Below are positions 1 to 9,885 of a DNA stretch of 44,206 nucleotides, one piece after another. Positions within the stretch are counted from its first letter, which is position 1, and every line of letters starts with the position of its first letter. Origin of the DNA: Candidatus Woesearchaeota archaeon CG1_02_57_44 (GTDB taxonomy: Archaea > Nanobdellota > Nanobdellia > Woesearchaeales > CG1-02-57-44); assembly GCA_001871415.1 (NCBI GenBank), contig MNWW01000069.1, positions 1 through 44,206 on the forward strand, given 5' to 3'. The notes under the pieces are model-generated. The model did not search any database. It was not told where the DNA came from and saw only the letters and a program-made list of their open reading frames with translations. The translations under genes were made by a program, and so were the position numbers.

Positions 1-9
1 ACCAGATAA

Positions 10-140
10 CAAAAATCCGCCACTCGGCGCTAACCGCGGCCTGAAGGCCGCGGTATTACCGCGCCTCGTCATTGCAGGCGGATTTTTGAATTGCAAAGCA
101 CGTCCTGAAGGACGGGGTATTCAACCCCGTGCTTTGCAAT
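10..140. repeat. Two tandem nested palindromes (REP/MITE-like), each with a CC-TGAA-GG hairpin
   Basis: CAAAAATCCGCC 10-21 pairs with GGCGGATTTTTG 77-88 around hairpin ACCGCGGCC-TGAA-GGCCGCGGT 33-54. ATTGCAAAGCACG 90-102 pairs with CGTGCTTTGCAAT 128-140 around CGTCC-TGAA-GGACG. Confidence 0.75.
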
Positions 141-200
141 AAAAAAAGACCAGGACAGAACCAAGAGTATGTATCCTAAGGGAACAGAAAAATTATGACC

Positions 201-800
201 TTACCTGCTCGAATCCGCCTGTCGCTCCAGCTCTAGCTTCTTGCTGATGGCCGCGCTGTTCTGGCTCATCTGATAGCAGTTGAAGATCTCGTCAGCAAGC
301 GTATCGACGATGCTGCGCTTTGAATTGAAGCTCTTCTGGTAGGAGCCCTGGGTGATGAGGCGCAATGCCACATCGACGCGTCGCTGCGGCGCGCATTCGA
401 CCGCTTTCGGGTAGCGCGCTCCGCCGTACTCGATGCTGATGATCTCCTCGCGGGGAGCAGCGTTCTCCACTGCCTTGACCAGCACCGCGATGGGGTTGAC
501 CTTGGCCTTTTTCTCGACCTTGGCAAGGGCCTCTTCGACAATGCCGTACGCGGTGATTGCCTTTCCAGTAATATGGGAGCTGGTCTTGAAGTGCTTCTTA
601 GATTTATGGCCGGGAATCATGACCTTGTTGATGAGGCGCTCGACAATGAAGGTCTGGGACTTGCCAAAGCGCTTGCCGCCGTACTTAGCGCCGGTCTTTG
701 GCACGATGCGCGCCTCAAGGCCGATATAGCCTTGCAGTCCAGGGTCTGCGATGGTGATGCCTTCTGAACTCCAGCGGTTGAATGCGAGTATCATGGTCAC
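201..800 (-). CDS. rps7: 30S ribosomal protein uS7 (archaeal)
   Basis: [42 protein letters not shown]; directly downstream of rps12 with GTGA overlap (alternative ATG at 794). Confidence 0.97.
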   Translation of the reverse strand: MTMILAFNRWSSEGITIADPGLQGYIGLEARIVPKTGAKYGGKRFGKSQTFIVERLINKVMIPGHKSKKHFKTSSHITGKAITAYGIVEEALAKVEKKAKVNPIAVLVKAVENAAPREEIISIEYGGARYPKAVECAPQRRVDVALRLITQGSYQKSFNSKRSIVDTLADEIFNCYQMSQNSAAISKKLELERQADSSR

Positions 801-1234
801 TTCCTTGCCTTCTCTATCCTGCCGTGCCGCAGCGCGTGCAGCGACTGGTCATTGACCTTGACGACCTGCCAGCGGACACCGGGGATGTCTCCCTTGCTCC
901 TGCCCTTGTTGCCGCCGATGCACTCGATGACGACCTCGTCGTGCTCATCCACGAACTTGGTGGCGCCATCGCCCGGCAGAAAAGCCGTGACCTGCCTGCC
1001 GTTCTTGACGAGCTGGACACGAGCGCACTTGCGCATGCCAGAACTGGGCTGCTTCGCCTCAAGCTGCACTTTCTCAAGGACAATGCCCTTTGCCTGGCTC
1101 GCGCCCTGTAGGGGGTCAGATTTCTTCTTGACCTGAAGGATGCGCTTGACATAGTAGGCGTCAGACCAGCGGTTCTTGGCGCGCCGGTTGGCAAGCTTGG
1201 TTGCGGAGCGTAGCCCCTTGGATTTCTTCCCCAT
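797..1234 (-). CDS. rps12: 30S ribosomal protein uS12 (archaeal/S23 type)
   Basis: [37 protein letters not shown]. Confidence 0.98.
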   Translation of the reverse strand: MGKKSKGLRSATKLANRRAKNRWSDAYYVKRILQVKKKSDPLQGASQAKGIVLEKVQLEAKQPSSGMRKCARVQLVKNGRQVTAFLPGDGATKFVDEHDEVVIECIGGNKGRSKGDIPGVRWQVVKVNDQSLHALRHGRIEKARK

Positions 1235-1318
1235 GTGCTGTGGCGGAACAAGGGTCTGTTTAAAAAGCTTGCGGTGAGCGCTCTCTCCTGCATATCTCGC
1301 GTTGCCCGGGCTGGTAAC

Positions 1319-3187
1319 CTACGCCTCCTTATACTTCACCCCATACACATACACATACTGCCAGAACAATCCTTTCTTGCGCACGACACCGACGTGAAAG
1401 CCAGCGTCCTCGAAGGTGCGCTTGATGTGCAGATCGTCGCCGAGCCATGCGACATTGGGCAGCACGCCGAAGTATTTGTCGAAATCCATGAACAGTATCC
1501 GCTCATGCATATCAAGGCGCTTATTGACGCCCCGCAGCACTGCGGGCAAGTCCTGCACATACCCCAGCTGTCCGACGCTGACCACCACATCGACATTCGG
1601 GACCTTCGATGACACCCTGCTGTGGTGCAGATCATCATGGATGAAGCGCACATTGCCATGCATCCTTCTGTCAGCGACCGCTATCTCGCGGGCTGACGCA
1701 TTGGTCGCGTAAACCGCGCCATGCTCACCGACAGCATCGGCAAGCAGCTGAGTCACCGTGCCCACCCCACAACCATACTCCAACACCTTCTTCCCCGACA
1801 CATCGCCGAGCAGACCAAGAATTGTCCTTCGCGCATTCTCGGGCAAAGTGAATCGCTCAAACAGCAGAGTCAGGGGAGCCGCCCGATCAGAGACCGTGCG
1901 GATGGTGCTGCTGTCATTGGTCAAAGCGAAGAGATAATACACCGGAATGCCCGCGAGGACCAGGGACAATGCCATGAGGAATAGCCGATAGCTCGTCCAT
2001 GCCCAGGAGCCGACAAGCGCCAGCAAGACCAACGCCGCAACGATGGGGCCAATCATGCCGAAGGGCGCTGGAAACTCCCGCCGCCGCGCATCCTTGCGCC
2101 GCAGCACAGGAACCGCTATCAGGACAAGCACATACATGACTGCCGCCATGGGAACGAGCAAGGACAGCATCACACGATACGAGCCAAAGCCAAAGAAGAT
2201 GACCGCAAGCGACACAATGCACTGGAAGATGACCGCGAGATAGGGCGTACGGAATTTCTCGTGGACGCGAGCGAAGCTTGGAAACACCAGATGATCCCGT
2301 GCCATGGCCATCAGCAGGCGAGGACCGCCTATGATGCCCCCCGCTGCCGAGCCGATGAGTACCAGATAGACCCCCAATCCCAGGATGGCCTGACCGTAAT
2401 GCCCGAGCAGCAATTCGCCCGCTTCCAGCAGGGGAGTTCCCATAGTAGCGAGCAGGTCAGAGGGAAATAAACCAAACAGCACAAGCACAAGCGCGATATT
2501 CAACACTGCGACGAGCACCGTTCCCCAGATGATGGCACGGGGGACCGCACGCGCATCCGTCGTCTCTTCTGACAGATACGTGACAGACTCCCAGCCAAAG
2601 AACGTCTCTATGAGAAAGAACATAGCCAAGAAGATGCTTCTGAAACCTGAGGTCCAGAAGGGATGCAGATTACTAGCATGAAAGCGCAGGCCACCAGGGA
2701 CCAACATAAGACCCAGCACGACAAACGTCACAACCACAAAAAAATTGACCGCCATGCTGGACGCTTCTGCGCCAAGGTATGCGATGACATACAGCAGCAG
2801 CACAAACATCGCAGAGATGAGCAATTTTGGCAGCAACGGAAAGCCTGTCGGCGTCAGATACTCAACAGCCGCGACAACCAGCATAGTCGTGGTCATTGTC
2901 CCCACAAGCCAGGCAGTCCAGCCAGTGAAAAACGACCACTGCCTGCCGTACGCTTGCTTGGCGTACTCATAGACACCGCCTGCGCGCGGGTACAGGGAGG
3001 AAAGTTCAGCAAAGCAGAAAGCGATATAGAGCGAAAGCAATGCGACCAGCACCCAGCTCACCAGCGACGCGGTGCCAGCGATTCCCGCTGCGATGCTCTG
3101 GCCAAAGAACGTGCCGGTGCCAATGATGCTTGTCGTGGCGAGCGCTAGCAGGGGTAAGAATCCAAGACCTCGGCGAAGCTCTGCCAT
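1319..3187 (-). CDS. APC-family amino acid permease with C-terminal class I SAM-methyltransferase-like domain
   Basis: IIGTGTF, FAELSSLYPRAGGVYEY, FFGWES, RLLMAMARD, HEKFRTPY and many TM segments; C-terminal KVLEYGCGVG motif I. Confidence 0.9.
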   Translation of the reverse strand: MAELRRGLGFLPLLALATTSIIGTGTFFGQSIAAGIAGTASLVSWVLVALLSLYIAFCFAELSSLYPRAGGVYEYAKQAYGRQWSFFTGWTAWLVGTMTTTMLVVAAVEYLTPTGFPLLPKLLISAMFVLLLYVIAYLGAEASSMAVNFFVVVTFVVLGLMLVPGGLRFHASNLHPFWTSGFRSIFLAMFFLIETFFGWESVTYLSEETTDARAVPRAIIWGTVLVAVLNIALVLVLFGLFPSDLLATMGTPLLEAGELLLGHYGQAILGLGVYLVLIGSAAGGIIGGPRLLMAMARDHLVFPSFARVHEKFRTPYLAVIFQCIVSLAVIFFGFGSYRVMLSLLVPMAAVMYVLVLIAVPVLRRKDARRREFPAPFGMIGPIVAALVLLALVGSWAWTSYRLFLMALSLVLAGIPVYYLFALTNDSSTIRTVSDRAAPLTLLFERFTLPENARRTILGLLGDVSGKKVLEYGCGVGTVTQLLADAVGEHGAVYATNASAREIAVADRRMHGNVRFIHDDLHHSRVSSKVPNVDVVVSVGQLGYVQDLPAVLRGVNKRLDMHERILFMDFDKYFGVLPNVAWLGDDLHIKRTFEDAGFHVGVVRKKGLFWQYVYVYGVKYKEA

Positions 3188-3226
3188 ACCATCGCATGGT
3201 GCTCTGCACTATATAAATAATGGGGA

Positions 3227-3760
3227 TTACTCCCGCGTGGGGTCAGCGAGCAGCATCGTGAAGCTTGCTGGAAGCGACGCATCTGCGGACAGGCGCAATC
3301 CCGCGTCCGGGAGAGGATGGATCCTAGGGTCGGATTCAGGGCTATGCGCCCCCCCTCGAAACACGACTGCTGCGACATCGCCATACAGGGCCGGATTCAT
3401 CCAATGTCCATGCGGACCGCGAAGCAGCGGCCGCAGGGTGACGCCCATGCGATCAATGCTCGCTTTCACGCACTGCTCAGCGTCAGTGGGAAGCAGCTCG
3501 GAATACCCGCTCAGACAATCATAATGGGTATACGCGCGATCGGGAAAGCGCATGACCATGCCAGGGACAGCGTGACCCTTTGAGGTCAATACCAGATCAT
3601 CTAGGCGCACCGTGACCGCGAATGAGGATATCGCTGCGTGCCAGCCGCTCCTGAGCCATCGCTCATCCAATCCCTGGCGGGCGTGTTCCATCGATGTCTG
3701 CGCGCGAGCGGCGACAGGCAGGAAAAGTTGTTGACGCAATTCATCGATCAGGTTGACCAT
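3227..3760 (-). CDS. Hypothetical protein
   Basis: ORF with likely start MVNLIDEL at 3760 and an AT-rich TATA-like element about 25 nt upstream. Confidence 0.6.
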   Translation of the reverse strand: MVNLIDELRQQLFLPVAARAQTSMEHARQGLDERWLRSGWHAAISSFAVTVRLDDLVLTSKGHAVPGMVMRFPDRAYTHYDCLSGYSELLPTDAEQCVKASIDRMGVTLRPLLRGPHGHWMNPALYGDVAAVVFRGGAHSPESDPRIHPLPDAGLRLSADASLPASFTMLLADPTRE

Positions 3761-3915
3761 GTGGACGGATAAGGCCGACCGCTTTATACAATTTGCTATT
3801 GACGACAAGCGCCTGCGCTGCTGCGAACGCCATGGACCGTCGAGGACAGACACCGCGCTGACTCGTCCCTGAACCCGGCAGGAAAGCCCGACCGCGCTTG
3901 AGCAATCCCGCCCCA

Positions 3916-3923
3916 TTTATAAA
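3916..3923 (+). promoter_or_regulatory. TATA box for leaderless dph2
   Basis: TTTATAAA about 25 nt before ATG 3946. Confidence 0.6.
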
Positions 3924-3945
3924 CAAAAGGTGATTCCCCATCCTC

Positions 3946-4617
3946 ATGCGCACCCTGCACATCCCGGTGAAGTCGACGGTGCCAATCATCCTGACAGAGG
4001 ACATCATCAGCAGGCTCCCAAACAAGATAGCCCTGGTCATGCCCGTCCAGCACATCCACAAGCGTGATGAAGTGATAGCGCAGCTCCACAGAGCCGGAAA
4101 AGAAGTCGTGCTGCCGCAGGGCTATCATACTCGCCATGACGGACAGGTGCTGGGATGCGATCAGGCCGAAGGCCACGGCATCGACGCTGACGCGTACCTC
4201 TGCGTCGCTGACGGCGCGTTCCATCCAAAGGCATTGGCCACCGCCGATATCCCTGTGTTTGTCTATGATCTCTCCAGGAATGAACTGCACCAGATGGACC
4301 CCGGGCTCAAGCAGAAGATCCTCGGACGCCGCAAGGGTGCGCTGGCAAGATTCTATACCGCAAAGACCGTGGGCGTATTGGTGACAACCAAACCAGGGCA
4401 GCGTCGCCTAGAGCAGGTGCACAAGCTACGACAGATGTTTCCAAAAAAAGCGTTCTACTGCTTTGGCGCCGACACCATGAACCTGAAAGAATGCGTTAAT
4501 TTTCCATTTGTAGAAGTCTGGGTCAACACCGCATGCCCGCGCATGGAAGACGACCACCAACAGCTCGACAGACCGCTCATCAATGCGAGAGATATCGCTG
4601 AGGTATTGATGTTCTGA
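3946..4617 (+). CDS. dph2: Diphthamide synthesis protein Dph2 (short form)
   Basis: GQVLGCD, DGAFHP, GVLVTTKPGQ, VNTACPRM. Confidence 0.9.
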   Translation: MRTLHIPVKSTVPIILTEDIISRLPNKIALVMPVQHIHKRDEVIAQLHRAGKEVVLPQGYHTRHDGQVLGCDQAEGHGIDADAYLCVADGAFHPKALATADIPVFVYDLSRNELHQMDPGLKQKILGRRKGALARFYTAKTVGVLVTTKPGQRRLEQVHKLRQMFPKKAFYCFGADTMNLKECVNFPFVEVWVNTACPRMEDDHQQLDRPLINARDIAEVLMF

Positions 4618-4719
4618 GAGACGACGTGCACCTCCAGGACATCAGATGCGAAGAGCCGCACCCGCAAGAGGGACTCACCTCCCACAACCCATTAATACCA
4701 TCCCTCCTCCCCTGCCGCC

Positions 4720-5490
4720 ATGACACCGCGCTATTTCACCGACGCCTACTGCAAGGAACTGACGACAACCATCACATCAGTGAAGGACGGCAGGTTCGTC
4801 ACGCTGGCCGACACCATCTTCTATCCCCATGGCGGCGGCCAGCCGCATGACACCGGTACCATCACCACAGACGACGCTACCGCCTATCCTGTCATCTTCG
4901 TCAGGAAGTCTGATGACACCATCAGCCATGAGGTGGATCCGCAGAGCAGACCACCATTGACCGCAGGCCAGAGCGTCACCTGCCATCTGGACTGGCAGCG
5001 CCGCCACATCCTGATGCGCATGCACACCGCATCGCACATCCTCTCGGCGCTCATCCTGAGGGAGACCGGCGCGCTGATAACCGGCAACCAGCTCGGCGAA
5101 GACAAGACACGCATCGATTTTTCCATCGACCAGTTCAACCGCAACCTGCTCAATTCTTTCGAGCACAAGACCAATGCCATCATCGGAAAGGACCTGCCCG
5201 TAGAGATTACGTTCACCACAAGAGAGACCCTGGAGCAGGACCCGCGGCTCGTGCGCCTGGCCAAGGGCTTTCCGGAGCACATCAAGGAGGTGCGCATCGT
5301 GGCCATCGGCCAGGGCGATGACCAGGTAGATGTCCAGGCAGACGGTGGGACGCACGTGCGCTCCACCAGGGAGGTAGGCGCCATCCGTATCATCGACCTG
5401 CAGAACAAGGGCAAGGACAGAAGGCGCATCTATTTTGAGCTCAAGGACCTGAGCAGTGACGCGAGCCGCCATCTGTCAGCAGGGGAATAG
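4720..5490 (+). CDS. alaX: Alanyl-tRNA editing protein AlaX-M
   Basis: TIFYPHGGGQPHDTG, MRMHTASH, ADGGTHV, NKGKDRRRIYF. Confidence 0.95.
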   Translation: MTPRYFTDAYCKELTTTITSVKDGRFVTLADTIFYPHGGGQPHDTGTITTDDATAYPVIFVRKSDDTISHEVDPQSRPPLTAGQSVTCHLDWQRRHILMRMHTASHILSALILRETGALITGNQLGEDKTRIDFSIDQFNRNLLNSFEHKTNAIIGKDLPVEITFTTRETLEQDPRLVRLAKGFPEHIKEVRIVAIGQGDDQVDVQADGGTHVRSTREVGAIRIIDLQNKGKDRRRIYFELKDLSSDASRHLSAGE

Positions 5491-5524
5491 ATTTAAATAA
5501 AATAGAGCCTAAGACAGCATCACC

Positions 5525-5740
5525 ATGCCAAAACCATCTGCGAAGAATCCAGCAAAGAGCGCAAAGCCCAGGTCAGACCCGAGACCCTACCTTGCCATTG
5601 TCGGCATCATCTGCGGCGTCTCCATCCCGTTGGTGGCGATTACCGCGGCCATGGCAGAATCATGGGTCATTGTCCCGGTCGTCGGATTCCTGGCCTTCAT
5701 GGGAATCATGCTCGGCTTCTTCGCGTCAAGGGAGCGCTGA
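5525..5740 (+). CDS. Small two-TM membrane protein
   Basis: TTTAAATA upstream; basic N-terminus followed by two hydrophobic segments. Confidence 0.65.
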   Translation: MPKPSAKNPAKSAKPRSDPRPYLAIVGIICGVSIPLVAITAAMAESWVIVPVVGFLAFMGIMLGFFASRER

Positions 5741-5829
5741 GCACCAGCGCGCCCCCCGATCAACTGCGACGATAGCAGCGCGGCTTCATAAGGCAGAAGG
5801 ATCACTAAGAGCAGGGATACGACCGCGTT

Positions 5830-8800
5830 TCAATGTGTCCATGTATCATCGCCGTCCATATACACCCAATAGCCACGGCCAGATGTGAGAACGTCAAGAG
5901 AGTTCACATACGCGGGTCCTGATGAAGCATAGCTCTTCCATCCCGCGTCATGCGACCACACGGTGCCATTGGGCGTGAGCGTATCCTGCAATGACAGGAA
6001 CGAGGGTGCCGCCAGCGCGTTCACCCCGACAAGATTCCATCCTGAAGACAATACAGTCTCGTTCCCGTAGTCAGAACCATTCACGACAAGTGTTTGCGTA
6101 TTGTTGGCCCAGAGCCAGTAGCCCAGTCCGGGGACAATATCCGTCAACTCGCCGCTCCCACCGAACGAATACGACCAGCTGCCATTGAAGGCCCAGACAT
6201 ACGTATAGTTCAGCCCTGAAAGCATACCACTCACACTTGTATTGAACGGCGCGATCCCCAACGACACAAGATTCCACCCAGCAGCGAGCGAAATATTCTG
6301 CACGCGCACCGCAGACACCACAACGAAAGACGCGTTCCTACGCGTCACATTCTCCCCGTCAGAGGCATTGACAAAAATAACATAACTACCCGTGGCGTTG
6401 GTCAACCAGCTCCCCGAACCGAGCGGCTCATCAGCGACGACAATAACAGCATCACCATCAATATCCGCGACGCTCCAGTTCAACGTCACTGTATCTCCTT
6501 CAATCACTGACGAAGCTGAGATACTCAGGTTCAATGAAGGAGGGGTATTGACAGGAACAACTGCCGACGCGTTGACCGCGCTCCCGTAGGCAGTACCATC
6601 AGAGGCCACGACCTCACAGAGGAGCGCCACGCCCTTGCGCACATCCGAGCCATTGATGACCGTGGCGTTCTCCATCGATGCGTTCACCTCACCGGCGAAG
6701 TACCATCGGATGATGCTGCCGGACTCGCTGTCAGAATCAATATCAGCATACGTGTAGTTACACAGCGCACCAAGCGCAGCAGATGGCAGCGCAGGGACGA
6801 TGTTCACGCCCGATACCGTAGGCGCGTGGTTGACCGAGCTGATGACCAGCGTGAAATTGCCCGAAACAGTTGTACGCCCGTCGCTCACCGATACAGCAAC
6901 ATACCGTGTGCCGCTATAACCGACGGAGATGTTCCAGCCAAAGCCCCCACTACCAACATCCGTGAAATTCGTATCGTTCAGGGAATAGGTCAAGGAAAGC
7001 GTATCGACGTCTGTCGCGCTGATATTGACGACCAGATACTGCCCGTCCGTCGCGCTCTCGACGGCCAGCGCGCCCAGCACGGGCCACGCGTCAGGACTCA
7101 GGTTCAACGTGGTCGTCCGAGGATGCGTGTCCGTGTCATACGCGTGCAGGGCAAGCCACGTCCAGACGCCACTATCTGCATAACTCGTCGCTTCGTAATT
7201 GGTGCCCGACTGCGCGGATGCCGCTGTTCCCGTCGTGATGTCCCAGAGGTACAGGTCCAGGTCATTGCTGCCTGAATCGCCTGACCAGTCAGCGCGAACA
7301 TAAACGCTGCTATTGCGTTCATGCTTGCTCAGGAACCAGAGCACATCGCCCTCATCCCAGTCCCTGGGGGGATTATCAATGCTCTGGTCCCAGACATGCC
7401 TGCCCATCACCGGGACGCTGAGCGCGACAGGAACCCGTATGGTGACGTTATTGCCCTGCGAGTCGTTCATGCTCAATAACAGCACAGACTGATACACAGA
7501 ACCGTTCGCGTCGCCCAGCGTGATATTGACAGCAAGCGCCGCGGTCCCGTTCGCGTCAACAGCGGCCCCCTCAGACCCGACAATGCTTCCCGGCAGCTCG
7601 TATTCCAGCCGCTGGCTGAGGAATGATTCAGCGCTCACCGACCAGACCGTCTGAGCAAGCCCGAGCGAGCGCAAGGTCAGATTGAACTGCGCGGTCGTAT
7701 TGGAGAGCACGATCGCCTGCAGGCTCGCGTTGCCGTATGCCAAGACCACGACAGGAATGGCTGCAGCAGCGGTGACATTTATCTCGCCTGCCCCTTCGTC
7801 CTGCGGATGCATGCTGAGATTGGTCGCGGACTGCGTTAGGCGCTGCGCCATCTCAAGCGGCGTGATATTGCCCAGCGCCTCACGCAACAGCGCGGCCGCG
7901 CCGGATACGTGCGGCGCTGCCATGCTGGTGCCGCTCATGGTGGCGTAGCCACCGTTGAAATACGTACTGTAGATATTGGTGCCTGGCGCAGAAAGCAAGG
8001 GCACGAACCGCCCCCAGGGGCCGGGCCCGCGCGATGAGAAGCTGGCGATGTTGTCATCGCTGACCTCCGCGGTTCCTTGATCATCGACCGCCGCGACACT
8101 GATGATATTATCGCCGAACGCGGGGCTCGTGACCGTGCCGACGCTTTGCCCCTGGCCGTTGCCATTGTTGCCAGCGGAAACCACGACAGTGATGTTGTTG
8201 CGCACTGCGTTCTCCACAGCAGTGGTGAGGCTGTTCTTGCCGGTCCATGGAACATTCCAACTGCCAAGGGACATGCTGATGATGGGCGTGTGATTGGTGA
8301 TTGCCCGGTCGATGGCGCTGAGTATAGCGCTTGTCGGACAGCTGCCTGCGTTGTTGCACGCCTTGAGCGCGTAGAACGTGGCATTCGGGGCCACGCCCAT
8401 GAGCGTGCCATTGGCACCGATGATACCGGCGACGTGTGTTCCATGCCCATGATCATCAGTGGGATCGCCGTCTGTATTGACGAAGTCATAGCCATCAGCG
8501 ACCCTGCAGCCGGCGCCGAAGCATCCGCCAAGGTCTGCGTGCGTATACAACACCCCCGTGTCGATGATGGCGACGATCACTCCTCTGCCTGAGACATTAT
8601 AGGCCGACCTGGTCTGCGTCGCCCCCATGGAGATGACGCTGGTCGTCAATTGAACATCAGATATAGGTTCAGGGTCAGGTACATGTGAGAGCCGATCAAG
8701 CTCCAGGAGCGCCACATCAGCGCTGGCCGTAAGCGCAGCGTAGGACTCCTTGGTGATGACCCCGGAAAACCCCGGGACATGGTCATATTCGCGCAGCGCG

Positions 8801-8991
8801 ACAAAGCCATTACCCGTCGCAGTGGCCAGCGCGTCCTGTGCCCTGCCGTCTTGAGCAAGAACTATCGCCAGGCCCCAACCAAAATTGGAGACCTGCGCAT
8901 CAAGCCCGGGGTCAATGAGCGCTGCTTGCGCTATAGTAATTGCCAACAGGACCCCCAGGGCGATAGCCCCGGTCTTTGCGTGATGCTTCAT
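5830..8991 (-). CDS. Secreted S8 (subtilisin-like) serine protease with C-terminal beta-rich/Ig-like domains
   Basis: Signal peptide; catalytic triad motifs IIDTG, HGTHVAG, GTSMAAPHV; two LxxGWNLV repeats at the C-terminus. Confidence 0.95.
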   Translation of the reverse strand: MKHHAKTGAIALGVLLAITIAQAALIDPGLDAQVSNFGWGLAIVLAQDGRAQDALATATGNGFVALREYDHVPGFSGVITKESYAALTASADVALLELDRLSHVPDPEPISDVQLTTSVISMGATQTRSAYNVSGRGVIVAIIDTGVLYTHADLGGCFGAGCRVADGYDFVNTDGDPTDDHGHGTHVAGIIGANGTLMGVAPNATFYALKACNNAGSCPTSAILSAIDRAITNHTPIISMSLGSWNVPWTGKNSLTTAVENAVRNNITVVVSAGNNGNGQGQSVGTVTSPAFGDNIISVAAVDDQGTAEVSDDNIASFSSRGPGPWGRFVPLLSAPGTNIYSTYFNGGYATMSGTSMAAPHVSGAAALLREALGNITPLEMAQRLTQSATNLSMHPQDEGAGEINVTAAAAIPVVVLAYGNASLQAIVLSNTTAQFNLTLRSLGLAQTVWSVSAESFLSQRLEYELPGSIVGSEGAAVDANGTAALAVNITLGDANGSVYQSVLLLSMNDSQGNNVTIRVPVALSVPVMGRHVWDQSIDNPPRDWDEGDVLWFLSKHERNSSVYVRADWSGDSGSNDLDLYLWDITTGTAASAQSGTNYEATSYADSGVWTWLALHAYDTDTHPRTTTLNLSPDAWPVLGALAVESATDGQYLVVNISATDVDTLSLTYSLNDTNFTDVGSGGFGWNISVGYSGTRYVAVSVSDGRTTVSGNFTLVISSVNHAPTVSGVNIVPALPSAALGALCNYTYADIDSDSESGSIIRWYFAGEVNASMENATVINGSDVRKGVALLCEVVASDGTAYGSAVNASAVVPVNTPPSLNLSISASSVIEGDTVTLNWSVADIDGDAVIVVADEPLGSGSWLTNATGSYVIFVNASDGENVTRRNASFVVVSAVRVQNISLAAGWNLVSLGIAPFNTSVSGMLSGLNYTYVWAFNGSWSYSFGGSGELTDIVPGLGYWLWANNTQTLVVNGSDYGNETVLSSGWNLVGVNALAAPSFLSLQDTLTPNGTVWSHDAGWKSYASSGPAYVNSLDVLTSGRGYWVYMDGDDTWTH

Positions 8992-9027
8992 GGTACCAAT
9001 TGAATCGTGAACAGGAAATCACCAGCA

Positions 9028-9885
9028 TCAGGTCTTGATTGACGCCTGTGCCAGAAGCCCTGTCGCGAATCCCTGCCCTATGCCTTTGCCCAGGCGTGTT
9101 GCCATGCCCTGGCTGAGCAGCTCATACCAGGTATCTGTGGGAAGCTCATAAGTGATGACCGTGGAGTTCAACTGCGATTCCAGGTACGCGACCGCGTCTG
9201 TCTGGGTGCCGATCTCATCGATGAGGCCAAGCGATAGCGCTTCATCTCCCAGGAAGATGCGTCCATCCGCGAGCGACTCGACCGTCGATTCAGTCATGTG
9301 TCGGTTCTGCGCGACCGCCGCGACAAAGGATTGCTGCGCCTGCTGCACGGCCTGGCGCAGCAGCACTTCCTCATCAGGGGCGAGCTGCTTGAACGGACTG
9401 CCCATGTCCTTGTACGTGCCTGAGGTGATCTCATTGTAGGTGATGCCATAATGCTGCAGAAGCTGGGATATTTCTAGATACGATGAGGTGACGCCGATGC
9501 TGCCCACAATGGAAAACGGGCTGGCGATGACATGGTCTGTCGCCGACGCGACCCAGTAGCCGCCGCTCGCGCCGACGCCTCTGATGACCGCGACACGGGT
9601 GATATTCAGCCGTTTGACGGCCTGCGCTATTTCCCACGCGGCGACGCCCGATCCGCCGGGGCTGTCGACTTCGATGATAAGACCTCTGATAGCGGGATTG
9701 CCGGAAAGCGCGTCAAGCTGATCTACCACCCGAGCAGATGACGTCCCGTCCGTGTGCCTGCTAGTGTCCAGCACTCCATCAATGTGCAGGACCGCGACAT
9801 TGCCCTGGGGAAGGGGAGCGGCGGCGAGCAAGGCAATCACATACAGAAGGATGATGATCCCGGCAGCTTTGGTGTATTTGCTCAC
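9028..9885 (-). CDS. sppA: Signal peptide peptidase SppA (S49, 36K type)
   Basis: VDSPGGS, GASGGYWVA, VGSIGV, SGTYKD, ADGRIF; GTG start overlaps the RDD gene stop (GTGA). Confidence 0.93.
   Translation of the reverse strand: MSKYTKAAGIIILLYVIALLAAAPLPQGNVAVLHIDGVLDTSRHTDGTSSARVVDQLDALSGNPAIRGLIIEVDSPGGSGVAAWEIAQAVKRLNITRVAVIRGVGASGGYWVASATDHVIASPFSIVGSIGVTSSYLEISQLLQHYGITYNEITSGTYKDMGSPFKQLAPDEEVLLRQAVQQAQQSFVAAVAQNRHMTESTVESLADGRIFLGDEALSLGLIDEIGTQTDAVAYLESQLNSTVITYELPTDTWYELLSQGMATRLGKGIGQGFATGLLAQASIKT

Noticed and set aside
3801..3915. Possible tRNA, 5S rRNA or SRP RNA
   Set aside because: No T-loop or cloverleaf, and no 5S or SRP helix-8 consensus recognisable on either strand
8991..9028. 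Linker ORF between sppA and the S8 protease
   Set aside because: The TGATG-initiated frame runs far into the protease gene instead of stopping at its start
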